Positions 55,199 through 64,000 of a stretch of 64,000 bases of DNA are shown in pieces. Both the position numbers and the translations under genes were made by a program. The DNA comes from Minisyncoccota bacterium (GTDB taxonomy: Bacteria; Patescibacteriota; Minisyncoccia; Phycocordibacterales; JABMNX01), in contig OZ244961.1 of assembly GCA_965222715.1 (NCBI GenBank), positions 548,637 through 612,636 on the forward strand, read 5' to 3'. Position 1 is the first letter of the stretch. Each line of letters begins with the position of its first letter. The notes below the pieces were generated by a model, which was not told the DNA's origin, did no database searches, and worked only from the letters and a program-made list of their open reading frames with translations.

Positions 55199-55738
55199 AT
55201 GGCAGGTCATAATAAGTGGTCTAAAATTAAACATAAGAAAGCAGCAACTGATGCTCAGAAGAGTAAAATTTTTGGTAAGCATGCCAGTTTAATAGCTATG
55301 GAGTCACGAAAAGCTGGTGGTGATGTCCGCGCACCAGGACTTGCTGCAGCTATTGAACGAGCAAAAAAGGATTCTATGCCAAAGGACAACATTGACCGAG
55401 CAGTTGCGAAAGGAAGTGGGGCTTCTGGTGCTTCTTTTGAGGAGGTAATTTTTGAAGCGTTTGGCCCTGGAGGAACTGCACTGGTGGTAACTGCGGTAAC
55501 TGACAATAACAACCGCACCGCACCTGAAATACGACACATTTTTACTAAAAAAGGGTTCCAGCTTGGCACACCAGGTTCAGCACTATGGGCATTTACTAAA
55601 ACTGCTGATGGGTACATCCCCAATAACCCTGTTGAGCTCACCGACGCAGATGGAGAAAAACTTTCAGGACTTGTTGAAGCGCTTTTAGAGCAAGATGATG
55701 TGCAAGATGTGTATACCACAGCTGATACAGTAGAATAG
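55199..55738 (+). CDS. yebC: YebC/PmpR-family regulator (short form)
   Basis: MAGHNKWSKIKHKKAATDAQKSKIF matches the YebC N-terminus. Confidence 0.75.
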   Translation: MAGHNKWSKIKHKKAATDAQKSKIFGKHASLIAMESRKAGGDVRAPGLAAAIERAKKDSMPKDNIDRAVAKGSGASGASFEEVIFEAFGPGGTALVVTAVTDNNNRTAPEIRHIFTKKGFQLGTPGSALWAFTKTADGYIPNNPVELTDADGEKLSGLVEALLEQDDVQDVYTTADTVE

Positions 55739-55742
55739 TGGT

Positions 55743-56225
55743 ATGCGAATTCTAGCAATTGATCCAGGGTATGAACGAATGGGTGTAGCAATTATTGAGC
55801 TTTCTACAAAAGGCAACGAGCTTCTCTATTCAGATTGTATTCGTACAAATCCAAAAGACACTTTTAGCGTACGACTACTTGCTATTGGAAACGAGATTGA
55901 GCGATTAATTACTGAGTACACACCAACCGTTCTCGCTACTGAAGAGTTATATTTCAATACCAATCAAAAAACTGGGATTAAAGTTGCCGAAGTTCGTGGA
56001 GTTATTATATTTCTCTCTCAAAAACATAATCTCTCCTACTACCAATACTCCCCACTTCAGATTAAAAACGCAGTAACCGGGTATGGTAAGAGCACCAAGC
56101 ACCAAGTCGCAAAAATGGTACCGCAACTTATAGTTATGCATAAGCCTAATGCCCTTGATGATGAGTATGATGCTGTTGCTATTGGGCTCACCTGTGCAGC
56201 TTCAGAGCGCTTTACTGTGGGCTAA
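55743..56225 (+). CDS. ruvC: crossover junction endodeoxyribonuclease RuvC
   Basis: MRILAIDPGYERMGVAII and ...YTPTVLATEELYF. Confidence 0.85.
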   Translation: MRILAIDPGYERMGVAIIELSTKGNELLYSDCIRTNPKDTFSVRLLAIGNEIERLITEYTPTVLATEELYFNTNQKTGIKVAEVRGVIIFLSQKHNLSYYQYSPLQIKNAVTGYGKSTKHQVAKMVPQLIVMHKPNALDDEYDAVAIGLTCAASERFTVG

Positions 56226-56375
56226 TTATCTATACACACATTATCCACACACCAGTATTTTTATGATTGAAAAACCAGTGTGTTTTGATACAACTATAGG
56301 GTCACATGAACGTCCACAGCACACAGCTCTATGATGTTTATGGGTCGGATTAGTATTCGTATAACAATAGAATAA

Positions 56376-56528
56376 TATGGTGTACTTTTACGATGAAGAT
56401 GAAATGATGAACGATGATGAAGACATGGGAGGAATGGATGATGATTCAGAAAACGATGACGATATGGATGAAATGAGTGATGACGACGACATGGACATGG
56501 ATAGTGGCGACATGGACGACGAAGAGTA
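56376..56528 (+). CDS. candidate 50-aa hyper-acidic peptide (not in ORF track)
   Basis: Own translation MVYFYDEDEMMNDDEDMGGMDDDSENDDDMDEMSDDDDMDMDSGDMDDEE. A strong terminator follows immediately. No obvious SD. Confidence 0.3.
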
Positions 56529-56543
56529 GTCATTCTTAAAAAC

Positions 56544-56576
56544 AAAAAACAGCTCAACCACTCGAGCTGTTTTTTG
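56544..56576. terminator. bidirectional terminator (tyrS 3' end)
   Basis: cagctc-aaccactc-gagctg followed by ttttttgttttt. Confidence 0.65.
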
Positions 56577-56590
56577 TTTTTAGGAGTAAT

Positions 56591-57805
56591 TTATTTTAAA
56601 CGAATGGTTACCGCTCGTTGCTTTCCTATTTTATAAGTAGATGATTCTACTACTTCATCTGTATTGGTTATTTTTGTATCACTACTAATATTTCTAATTG
56701 CACCGCTTGTGAGTAAGCGTGTGTATTCATTTCCTGAAGATACTATTCCTTCCCGTAACAACACCTCTTTGAGTAATTCCCCACCTTGGGCAGATAGTGT
56801 CGGCGCATCAATAACCTCGCCTTGCTGTACGGTCTTTTTAAAATACTCTTCCGCACTTTGCGCTTCTTTTTTTGTGTGATACATACGTACAATTTCTCGG
56901 GCAAGCTCCATTTTAAGATCACGTGGATTATCTCCCTTTGTGAGTGACTGCTCTATTTCCCTTATTCGACTTAGTGGTATACGAGTACAATTAATACTGT
57001 ACGGCACGATGAGTTCGTCAGGTATTCTCATTACTTTTCCATACATATCAGATGGAGTATCAAGTATGTTTATCGTATTTCCCCAACTTGAACTCATTTT
57101 CCTTCCATCGGTACCAAGAATAAGTTCTGTAGTGAGCACATCTTGTGGTTTTTGTTTGTAGCGCTCTTGAAGTGTGCGACCAGCAAGCACATTAAACCAC
57201 TGATCACTTCCACCAATTTCAACATCAGCCCGTACCGCAACACTGTCATACCCCTGCATTAAAGGATAGAGCATTTCTCTCAGTGAGACACGCTTACCTG
57301 AATCAAGTCGTTTTTTAATATTTTCTCGTGCAATAAAGTCTGCGACTGAGAATGCGTCAGCATGTTCGCCAATGTCGTTATAAGAAAGTTTGAGTAACCA
57401 CTCAGAGTTATAGTGTTTTTCAACCCTAGACATATCAAGTAGTTTTCCTGCTTGGGTAAAATATGTTTTTGCGTTCTCTACAACCTCTTTTTTAGTAAGT
57501 AGTGGACGTTCGCTTGTTTTATCAGAGGTGTCCCCAACCACACCGGTTGCATCACCAACAATAAGTACAATTTGGTGTCCAAGTTTTTGGAAATCAGCAA
57601 GCTTAAGGAGTGTGACTGCGCGCCCAATATGGAGGTGTGGGCTTGTTGGATCGATACCAAGTTTAATGCGTAACCTACTGCCAGAAAGAAGGGCTTTTTT
57701 AAGGTGCTGAGTATCAACACTATCAACTACCCCACGGGTTAATAGCTCTTCTATTTTTTGAGGGTTAGTATCAACCTTTTTTCTTCCCAAGATTCGTCTA
57801 ATCAT
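56591..57805 (-). CDS. tyrS: tyrosine--tRNA ligase
   Basis: HIGH-type PTSPHLHIGR, KMSKS-type KMSSSWG, C-terminal S4-like domain. Confidence 0.9.
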   Translation of the reverse strand: MIRRILGRKKVDTNPQKIEELLTRGVVDSVDTQHLKKALLSGSRLRIKLGIDPTSPHLHIGRAVTLLKLADFQKLGHQIVLIVGDATGVVGDTSDKTSERPLLTKKEVVENAKTYFTQAGKLLDMSRVEKHYNSEWLLKLSYNDIGEHADAFSVADFIARENIKKRLDSGKRVSLREMLYPLMQGYDSVAVRADVEIGGSDQWFNVLAGRTLQERYKQKPQDVLTTELILGTDGRKMSSSWGNTINILDTPSDMYGKVMRIPDELIVPYSINCTRIPLSRIREIEQSLTKGDNPRDLKMELAREIVRMYHTKKEAQSAEEYFKKTVQQGEVIDAPTLSAQGGELLKEVLLREGIVSSGNEYTRLLTSGAIRNISSDTKITNTDEVVESSTYKIGKQRAVTIRLK

Positions 57806-57896
57806 ATATGCTACTGTAGCACAAAGAAACTGCTCTGTACTATAGTACTTTTAAGTACTGTGGCTTTATATAAGGAATATATGAAGTCTAGAGACT

Positions 57897-60407
57897 GTGC
57901 TACTATTAATTTCACCTATGTCACGAACTACTCAGGCCAGAGACTATAGATCTCTTTTTGTTTTGTGTTTCGCCGTCGGATTACTTCTCTCCGGTATATT
58001 TGTCTTGTGGGCAGCAACACTAGAGATTCCTGATCTTGAGTCTTTTGAACAACGGAAAGTCGCCCAGTCAACAAAAATATATGACCGAACAGGAGAAGTG
58101 CTCCTTTTTGATCTCCATGAAGATGTACAACGAACAGTTATTCCCTTTGAAGAAATTTCTCGAAATATTAAAAATGCTACGGTGGCAATAGAAGATGCTG
58201 AATTTTACAAACACTATGGCATCCGTCCTCTTGCAACATTTCGTGCCGTATTTATACAACCACTTCGTGGTAAAGGGGTACAGGGTGGCTCAACAATAAC
58301 GCAACAAGTTGTTAAAAATTCGTTACTCACCAACGAGAGAAAAATCTCAAGGAAACTTAAAGAATGGGTACTTTCAGTAAAACTTGAACAAGAATTATCA
58401 AAAGAAGAAATACTTGCACTCTACTTGAATGAAACTCCATACGGGGGAAATATTTATGGAGTTGAGGAAGCAAGTGAATCTTTCTTTAATAAAAAAGCAT
58501 CAGATATAACCATAGCTGAAGCTGCTTACTTAGCTGCCCTACCTCAGGCACCAACGTTTTATTCTCCATATGGAAATAATCGCGAAAGACTTGAAGAGAG
58601 AAAAAACTTAGTACTTTCTCAAATGCTTCGCTATGGTTTTATTACGGAAGAAGAATATCAAGAAGCACAAGATGCGGAAGTGGTATTTGAGCCACGACAA
58701 GAAACAAGTATCAAGGCACCACACTTTGTATTTTTTATAGAAGAGTATCTTGAACAAACGTATGGGAAACGAGCTGTTGATGAACGAGGTTTTAAAGTAA
58801 TTACCACCCTTGATTACACTCTCCAAGAAAAAGCAGAAGAGATAGTGAATAGATTTGCACTTTCAAATGCTGAGAAATTTGATGCTGAAAACGCTTCATT
58901 AGTTGCTGTTGATCCAAAAACTGGGCAGATCCTCACCATGGTTGGTTCACGAGATTACTTTGATGAAGAAATTGATGGAAACTTTAATGCAACACTTGCA
59001 AAGAGACAACCTGGTTCTGCATTTAAGCCATTTGCATACGCTACAGCGCTTAAAAAGGGGTACACACCAGAAACAGTTGTATTTGATGTACGTACGCAGT
59101 TTTCAAGCACTTGTGACGTGGATAATTTTACTAGTGAAGAAGACTGTTACTCACCACAAAACTATGACAACACATTTCGTGGTCCAGTAACGTTTCGAGA
59201 TGCACTTGCACAATCAATTAACGTTCCGGCAGTAAAAGCTCTCTACCTTGCTGGGTTGGTTGATTCTCTACAAACAGCGCGCGATTTAGGTATTACTACT
59301 TTAACTGATATTGCGCGTTATGGGCTTACACTTGTGCTTGGTGGAGGAGAAGTCACTCTACTTGATATTACGAGCGCATATAGTGTATTCGCAAATGACG
59401 GTATAAAACACGACTATACCGGTATCCTCCGTATTGAAGATAGTAATGGTGTTGTGGTTGAAGAGTACCAACAACGAGAGGCTCGAGTACTTGATCAACA
59501 AATAGCTCGACAGGTCTCCGATATGCTTTCAGATAATGATGCGCGTGCACCAGCTTTTGGTTTTAATTCTCCTCTTTATTTTAATGGATTTGATGTAGCT
59601 GCAAAAACAGGAACAACAAACGATTATCGTGATGCTTGGATTATTGGCTACTCTCCTACTATTTCAGTGGGGGCATGGGCAGGAAATAATGATAACCGTT
59701 CTATGGATAAACAGGTTGCAGGATTTATTATTGCACCATTGTGGAATGAGTTTATGAGAGAAGCACTTCTGTATATACCAAGTGAATCATTTAAAGAGCC
59801 AACGTATGAGTATACAGAGGAACTAAAGCCAGTGTTAAAAGGTGAATGGCGAGGGAGTCAACAATATATAGTTGATACAATATCTGGTGGACTTGCAACA
59901 GAATTTACACCACCAGAAACACGAGAAGAGCGTGTAGTGACTGATGTACACTCAATACTTTATTGGGTAGATAAACGTGATCCGCGTGGAGAAATACCTG
60001 AAAATAAGGAGGCGGATCCACAATTTAGATTATGGGAATATCCTGTTCGTGAATGGGTAAAAAATAACAATATTATTGAAGGTGGTGCAATACCAAATTT
60101 TACAGACACGATACATACACCACAAACAAAACCAACAATACGTTTCACTAATTCACTACAAGAAAGGTATAGTATTAACTCTCCCATTACTATTTCAGTA
60201 GATTACACACATAGCTACCCTATACAAAAAGTAGATTATTTTATAAATGGTACATTTCTACAGTCTTCAGTTAATCAACCATTCTCGCTTACCTTTAGTC
60301 CTCATACACTAGAAAACATAAAAGCTAATAATTCTATTAAAGCGGTTATATATGACTCAGTATTTAACAGAAGTAGTGTAGAAGGTGAGTTTTCTATCAC
60401 CTTCTAA
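57897..60407 (+). CDS. class A penicillin-binding protein (glycosyltransferase + transpeptidase)
   Basis: GT51 motifs EDAEFYKHYGIRP, GGSTITQQVVKN, ALYLNETPYGGNIYGVEEAS. Transpeptidase SGSAFKPF (SxxK), SIN, KTGTT. Confidence 0.9.
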   Translation: MLLLISPMSRTTQARDYRSLFVLCFAVGLLLSGIFVLWAATLEIPDLESFEQRKVAQSTKIYDRTGEVLLFDLHEDVQRTVIPFEEISRNIKNATVAIEDAEFYKHYGIRPLATFRAVFIQPLRGKGVQGGSTITQQVVKNSLLTNERKISRKLKEWVLSVKLEQELSKEEILALYLNETPYGGNIYGVEEASESFFNKKASDITIAEAAYLAALPQAPTFYSPYGNNRERLEERKNLVLSQMLRYGFITEEEYQEAQDAEVVFEPRQETSIKAPHFVFFIEEYLEQTYGKRAVDERGFKVITTLDYTLQEKAEEIVNRFALSNAEKFDAENASLVAVDPKTGQILTMVGSRDYFDEEIDGNFNATLAKRQPGSAFKPFAYATALKKGYTPETVVFDVRTQFSSTCDVDNFTSEEDCYSPQNYDNTFRGPVTFRDALAQSINVPAVKALYLAGLVDSLQTARDLGITTLTDIARYGLTLVLGGGEVTLLDITSAYSVFANDGIKHDYTGILRIEDSNGVVVEEYQQREARVLDQQIARQVSDMLSDNDARAPAFGFNSPLYFNGFDVAAKTGTTNDYRDAWIIGYSPTISVGAWAGNNDNRSMDKQVAGFIIAPLWNEFMREALLYIPSESFKEPTYEYTEELKPVLKGEWRGSQQYIVDTISGGLATEFTPPETREERVVTDVHSILYWVDKRDPRGEIPENKEADPQFRLWEYPVREWVKNNNIIEGGAIPNFTDTIHTPQTKPTIRFTNSLQERYSINSPITISVDYTHSYPIQKVDYFINGTFLQSSVNQPFSLTFSPHTLENIKANNSIKAVIYDSVFNRSSVEGEFSITF

Positions 60408-60667
60408 CGTATATCTTTTATAATATTTGATTTAAGTTCTTTATTAAGTTTAGTTATAAATTCATTCTTTTGCATAAATATTTCATTTTTTATAATACTT
60501 TTTGTCTTTAAAAAAATAGTGTTATTACTGTAAAAAATTTCATCTCCTGAGATTAATATACCTTTTTGTGAAGCAATAATAATAAATGCTTCTCGAATAG
60601 ATTTTTGTGTTGGTTTTAAATGGGTAAATTTTTCTAAATACTTTGAAAGAAGATCCATATAAAACAA
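60404..60667 (-). CDS. small basic protein downstream of dnaN (DciA/DUF721-like position)
   Basis: 87 aa, AT-rich, immediately 3' of dnaN where DUF721/DciA-type genes commonly sit. Sequence similarity not verifiable by eye. Confidence 0.3.
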   Translation of the reverse strand: MFYMDLLSKYLEKFTHLKPTQKSIREAFIIIASQKGILISGDEIFYSNNTIFLKTKSIIKNEIFMQKNEFITKLNKELKSNIIKDIR

Positions 60668-61771
60668 CTATTTATTCATTGGCATCACTAAGTACGTAAA
60701 ACTCTCATCAGAAACACCTTTAATAAGAAGTGGTTTACCAACACCAGTAAAGAAAAGTGAAACACTATCTGAATGTATTGAACTAAGACAATCGTATATA
60801 TATTTATAATTAAATTTCATCTCAATAGATTCACCCTTTATAGCAGCATCAATTGAATCATGAGTCTCGCCTACATGTGTATTATATGCACTCACGGTAA
60901 GATTTTTCTTTTTAGGATCAAGATGAACTGAAATTTGGCCAAATGTATCAGAAAATACATTTATTTTTTTAAATAAATTAAGTAAATCTTGTTTTAATAC
61001 TATTGCTTCAGAAATATGTTCTTTAGGAATAATTTGCTTATAATCAGGAAATATCCCATCAATTACTCGTGATGTTATATACACACCATCACATTCAAAT
61101 GAAATTTGATTATTATCAACCTTTACATACACTTCAGTGTTCTGTATTTGCTGCAACACACGGATAACTTCAACAGCATTTCGTAATGGTAATAAAAACG
61201 AATGTTCAAGTACCCCTTTTTGTTTTACATTAATTTTTTTCTCAGCAAGACGAAATGAGTCTGTTGCAACAAAAAATATTTTTTTATCTTCTTCATACAC
61301 ATAGACACTTGATAATTCAGGTTTAATAGTTGAAGTTGATGCACTATACACAACAGACTGAACACCTTCTATTATATTTTCAGATTGAAGTGTGTATACA
61401 TCATCAGTTTTAACAGAAGGGAGTGAAGGAAAATCCTCATATTCGTGTGTATGAATTGTACTAGTACTATGTTTTGTTTGTATAGTAAGTGTATTTTTCT
61501 TTACTTCAAATGTAATAAGAGAATCTTGTGTATTTTGAATAGTGTTATATAAAACATGTGCAGGCACAGCAATAACACCATCTTCTTCAGTATGTATTGG
61601 TAATACTATCTCTATCCCTATTTCAAGATTTGTTGATCGAATAGTAAGAGAGTTTTTCTTTACTACTAATAACACACAACTAAGTACAGGTAATGTTTTA
61701 TTTGTTCCAGCAATTTTTTCCGTTACTGACAGTGCTTGAAGTATTTTTCCTTTTTCACATTCGAATTTCAT
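60668..61771 (-). CDS. dnaN: DNA polymerase III beta sliding clamp
   Basis: 367 aa directly downstream of dnaA. MKFECEKGKILQALSVTEKIAG...TLPVLSCVLL matches the DnaN N-terminus. Confidence 0.85.
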   Translation of the reverse strand: MKFECEKGKILQALSVTEKIAGTNKTLPVLSCVLLVVKKNSLTIRSTNLEIGIEIVLPIHTEEDGVIAVPAHVLYNTIQNTQDSLITFEVKKNTLTIQTKHSTSTIHTHEYEDFPSLPSVKTDDVYTLQSENIIEGVQSVVYSASTSTIKPELSSVYVYEEDKKIFFVATDSFRLAEKKINVKQKGVLEHSFLLPLRNAVEVIRVLQQIQNTEVYVKVDNNQISFECDGVYITSRVIDGIFPDYKQIIPKEHISEAIVLKQDLLNLFKKINVFSDTFGQISVHLDPKKKNLTVSAYNTHVGETHDSIDAAIKGESIEMKFNYKYIYDCLSSIHSDSVSLFFTGVGKPLLIKGVSDESFTYLVMPMNK

Positions 61772-61998
61772 ATTCTATATTTAAAATAAATTACTATTAT
61801 TATCTCTGTTGAAAAGTAGAAAACATATAAAAACCCTTATATAGAGAGGTATTTTCTATATTCATATTTCTAATAACTTGTGAATAAATTTTAATTATAT
61901 GTATAAAACTTTTTACATATAAAAGAATACTATTTTTTATACTATTCTTATTACTATTTTTTATACATATAACTAACATATAATTCACAAGATATTTC
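61772..61998. promoter_or_regulatory. AT-rich dnaA-dnaN intergenic region with DnaA-box matches (candidate oriC/DUE)
   Basis: ~20% GC. tgtgaataa at 61879-61887 is rc TTATTCACA, which fits TTATNCACA exactly. taattcaca at 61980-61988 has 1 mismatch. Confidence 0.4.
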
Positions 61999-63351
61999 TT
62001 ACAATAATGAACGTATTTGTTCTATTTCTTGTGTAAGAATTGTATCTTTTTTAATATCTTTTTTAATTTTTTCACATGAATGTATAACAGTAGTGTGATC
62101 TCTTCCACCTAATTTTTCTCCAATACTTGGGTACGACACACCATAATCTTCTCTAAGGATATACATAACCAATTGTCGTGGTTTTACAATTTCTTTTTTA
62201 CGCGTTTTCTCATAAATACTTTCTTCACTAATTTCGTAAAAATCAGCTATTTTTTTTATCACTTCTTTTGCAGAGATAGACTTTTTAGGTTTTGAACTAT
62301 TTTTTATAATGCCACGTATTTCAGATTGATTTGGCACTCTACCTTTAACTTGTGATTGAAAAATTATTGAATTCAATATTCCTTCTAGTTCTCGTATATT
62401 TCCCTGTACTTCATGAGAGATATACTCAATTGTTTCATCAGGAAGGGTGAAGTTATTTTGTGCTGCTTTTGCTTTAAGTATTGCAATCCTCGACTCATGA
62501 TCTGGTTCAGGTATATCAACAATCATTCCTGCGTTAAAGCGTGATTTTAAACGATCTTCAAGTCCTGGTATGTAATTTGGATGTTTGTCGGATGAAAATA
62601 TAATCTGTTTATTGTTGTCATATAGCGCATTAAAGAGGTGAAAAAGCTCTTCCTGTGTCTTTTCTTTATCTGAAAGAAACTGTATATCATCCATAATTAA
62701 CACGTCGTACTGACGATATTTTTCTTTAAAGGTGTTTGCCTTCCCCTCTTGTACTGCATTTAAGTAATCAACTGCAAACCGTTCAGAGGTTACGTAGAAT
62801 ATTTTTTTATTTTGATTTATTTTCTTTATATAGTTACCAACTGATTGAATTAAGTGTGTTTTTCCGTGTCCAGTTGACCCATATACAAAAAGTGGATTGT
62901 ACACAATACCCGGTTTTTCAGTAATAACCTGTGCTGCAGCGTGAGCGAGTTGGTTAAAAGGACCAACTATAAATGTATCGAAGGTATATCGAGGATTAAG
63001 ATTGTCACTTTTATTAATATAAAAATTATCAAGCGGTAATTCACTCACTGTATGTGTAGGAAAAGTTTTTTCTTGACCTCCCACCCTTCCGTTTGGAGAT
63101 TTTTGGTCTTTAGAAATAGTGTATTCAAGGCCACGAACGTCACTTGAGAATTTTCTAAGTGTTTTGAGTATAAATTTATGGTATTTAGTACTTAACCAGT
63201 CTTTTACAAACTGATTAGGTACTCCAAGGTACACCACACCCCCGTCAACTTTCTGTATTGCAGTGTTTTTAAACCACGTACTGAAATTAGCTTTTGAGAT
63301 ACTCAGTTCGATATCAACAAGTGCATTTTCCCAGAGTTGTTTCGTGTCCAC
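61999..63351 (-). CDS. dnaA: chromosomal replication initiator DnaA
   Basis: AAA+ Walker A LFVYGSTGHGKTHLIQSVGNY. C-terminal DnaA-box-binding domain with VSYPSIGEKLGGRDHTTVIHSCEKI. Confidence 0.9.
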   Translation of the reverse strand: MDTKQLWENALVDIELSISKANFSTWFKNTAIQKVDGGVVYLGVPNQFVKDWLSTKYHKFILKTLRKFSSDVRGLEYTISKDQKSPNGRVGGQEKTFPTHTVSELPLDNFYINKSDNLNPRYTFDTFIVGPFNQLAHAAAQVITEKPGIVYNPLFVYGSTGHGKTHLIQSVGNYIKKINQNKKIFYVTSERFAVDYLNAVQEGKANTFKEKYRQYDVLIMDDIQFLSDKEKTQEELFHLFNALYDNNKQIIFSSDKHPNYIPGLEDRLKSRFNAGMIVDIPEPDHESRIAILKAKAAQNNFTLPDETIEYISHEVQGNIRELEGILNSIIFQSQVKGRVPNQSEIRGIIKNSSKPKKSISAKEVIKKIADFYEISEESIYEKTRKKEIVKPRQLVMYILREDYGVSYPSIGEKLGGRDHTTVIHSCEKIKKDIKKDTILTQEIEQIRSLL

Positions 63352-63538
63352 AGTTACAAAAGTTATAGCTTTAAAATAGTGATACTTATTATATAGAAGT
63401 ACTGAGATGTGGAAACTTGTCGAAAATTATAAATTATGTTAATAAATTGTTCATAACTTGTTGATTAATCTAGAGTTTGTATCCCTCTTGCAAACTCTAA
63501 AAAAGTATCGTACACTAACCCCTCATAGCTTACTATCT

Positions 63539-63673
63539 ATGTCTCAAACATATAATCCTAAAAAGAAGAAGCGCAAAAAGACACACGGTTTTTTGGTTCG
63601 CCAACAAACTACAGGTGGGAAAAATACTGTAAAACGTCGCCGGCAGAAAGGCCGGGCACGCCTTTCAGTGTAG
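63539..63673 (+). CDS. rpmH: 50S ribosomal protein L34
   Basis: MSQTYNPKKKKRKKTHGFLVRQQTTGGKNTVKRRRQKGRARLSV. Start at the internal Met of the track ORF. Confidence 0.85.
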   Translation: MSQTYNPKKKKRKKTHGFLVRQQTTGGKNTVKRRRQKGRARLSV

Positions 63674-63691
63674 TTTCTAGCATGAATTTTC

Positions 63692-64000
63692 ATGAAAGAA
63701 AAAACGAAACAATTATTTAAAGCCGTCAATACTCTTGGCGGCTTGTTTCGTGAGAAGCACATAACCCTTAAAGCAATCCCCTCTTCTTTACACACAAAAG
63801 AAAGAAAAGGAGACGTACGAGTAGTGGTATCTAAAAAAGTAGTTACATCAGCTGTATCACGTAATACTATAAAACGACGTGTTAAAGACATTATAGAGCG
63901 GGTAGCCCCTAAACTACATGGCGTTGTATATGTAAAAAAAGGTATAGAAGAGCTCTCCCAAAAAGAACTTACTGAAGAAATTGTTTCTACTATAGGTCAA
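63692..64000 (+). CDS. rnpA: RNase P protein component (runs off window end)
   Basis: Own translation MKEKTKQLFKAVNTLGGLFREKHITLKAIPSS...RVVVSKKVVTSAVSRNTIKRRVKDII parallels RnpA [26 protein letters not shown]. rpmH-rnpA order. Confidence 0.7.
   Translation, partial: MKEKTKQLFKAVNTLGGLFREKHITLKAIPSSLHTKERKGDVRVVVSKKVVTSAVSRNTIKRRVKDIIERVAPKLHGVVYVKKGIEELSQKELTEEIVSTIGQ

Noticed and set aside
56294-56557. 87-aa minus-strand ORF rich in His/Arg/Pro/Cys
   Set aside because: It is the antisense reading of the GA(T/C)/GAA-repeat acidic ORF. The composition is an artefact of low-complexity DNA, and a terminator sits inside it.
63352-63538. dnaA-rpmH spacer as the primary oriC
   Set aside because: Only 2-mismatch DnaA-box-like 9-mers. 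The dnaA-dnaN spacer has a perfect consensus box and much lower GC, so it was preferred, though both may contribute.
1-64000. CRISPR arrays, rRNA genes, transposase/IS elements, integrase genes
   Set aside because: No regularly spaced direct repeats, no 16S/23S-like conserved stretches, and no DDE/tyrosine-recombinase-like ORFs were seen on either strand.

Overview
This window reads as an AT-rich, small-genome bacterium, plausibly CPR/Patescibacteria-like; that lineage call is inference from gene content only. It contains the replication-origin neighbourhood: rpmH and rnpA on the + strand, dnaA, dnaN and a small DciA-like ORF on the - strand, with an AT-rich dnaA-dnaN spacer carrying a consensus DnaA box. 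The core genes recognised from sequence are:
- Translation and transcription: argS (partial), rplK-nusG-secE, rplS, rpsT, tyrS, tsaE.
- Recombination and replication: ruvA, ruvB-yebC-ruvC, ruvX, polA, holA.
- Cell wall, pilus and other core functions: class A PBP, a Mur-ligase, uppS, a PilM/N/O cluster with a distant PilB ATPase, and a dTMP-synthesis cluster (ThyA-like, dCMP deaminase, DHFR) interleaved with two nucleotidyl-transfer enzymes.
- Eight tRNA genes: His, Leu, Val, Arg-TCT, Ser, Arg-GCG and Lys, plus their T-loop-to-acceptor echoes.

Three things stand out.
1. Five tRNA genes (His, Val, Arg-TCT, Ser, Lys) are each followed, after a terminator and a ~150-170 nt structured non-coding module, by a 16-24 nt echo of their own T-loop-to-acceptor 3' end. 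Three of the modules also carry an antisense copy of that segment, and two share the 11-mer GAAAGACGGAG. This looks like a family of tRNA-trailing elements.
2. A GC-rich ~10 kb block between tRNA-His and tRNA-Leu contains two paralogous rhodanese + 2OG-Fe(II)-oxygenase modules, one split into two genes and one fused. With them are a B12-binding radical-SAM enzyme, a PduO-type corrinoid adenosyltransferase, an ABC importer and two tandem PaaK-like adenylate-forming enzymes. This is a candidate undescribed sulfur/cofactor-linked system.
3. Several compositionally foreign GC-rich islets are scattered through the window: an LpxC-family deacetylase, a nucleoside-hydrolase lipoprotein, a secreted protein, a lipoprotein and an orphan basic protein. 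A 30-nt perfect palindrome occurs identically at two loci.

No CRISPR array, no rRNA and no transposase were seen.
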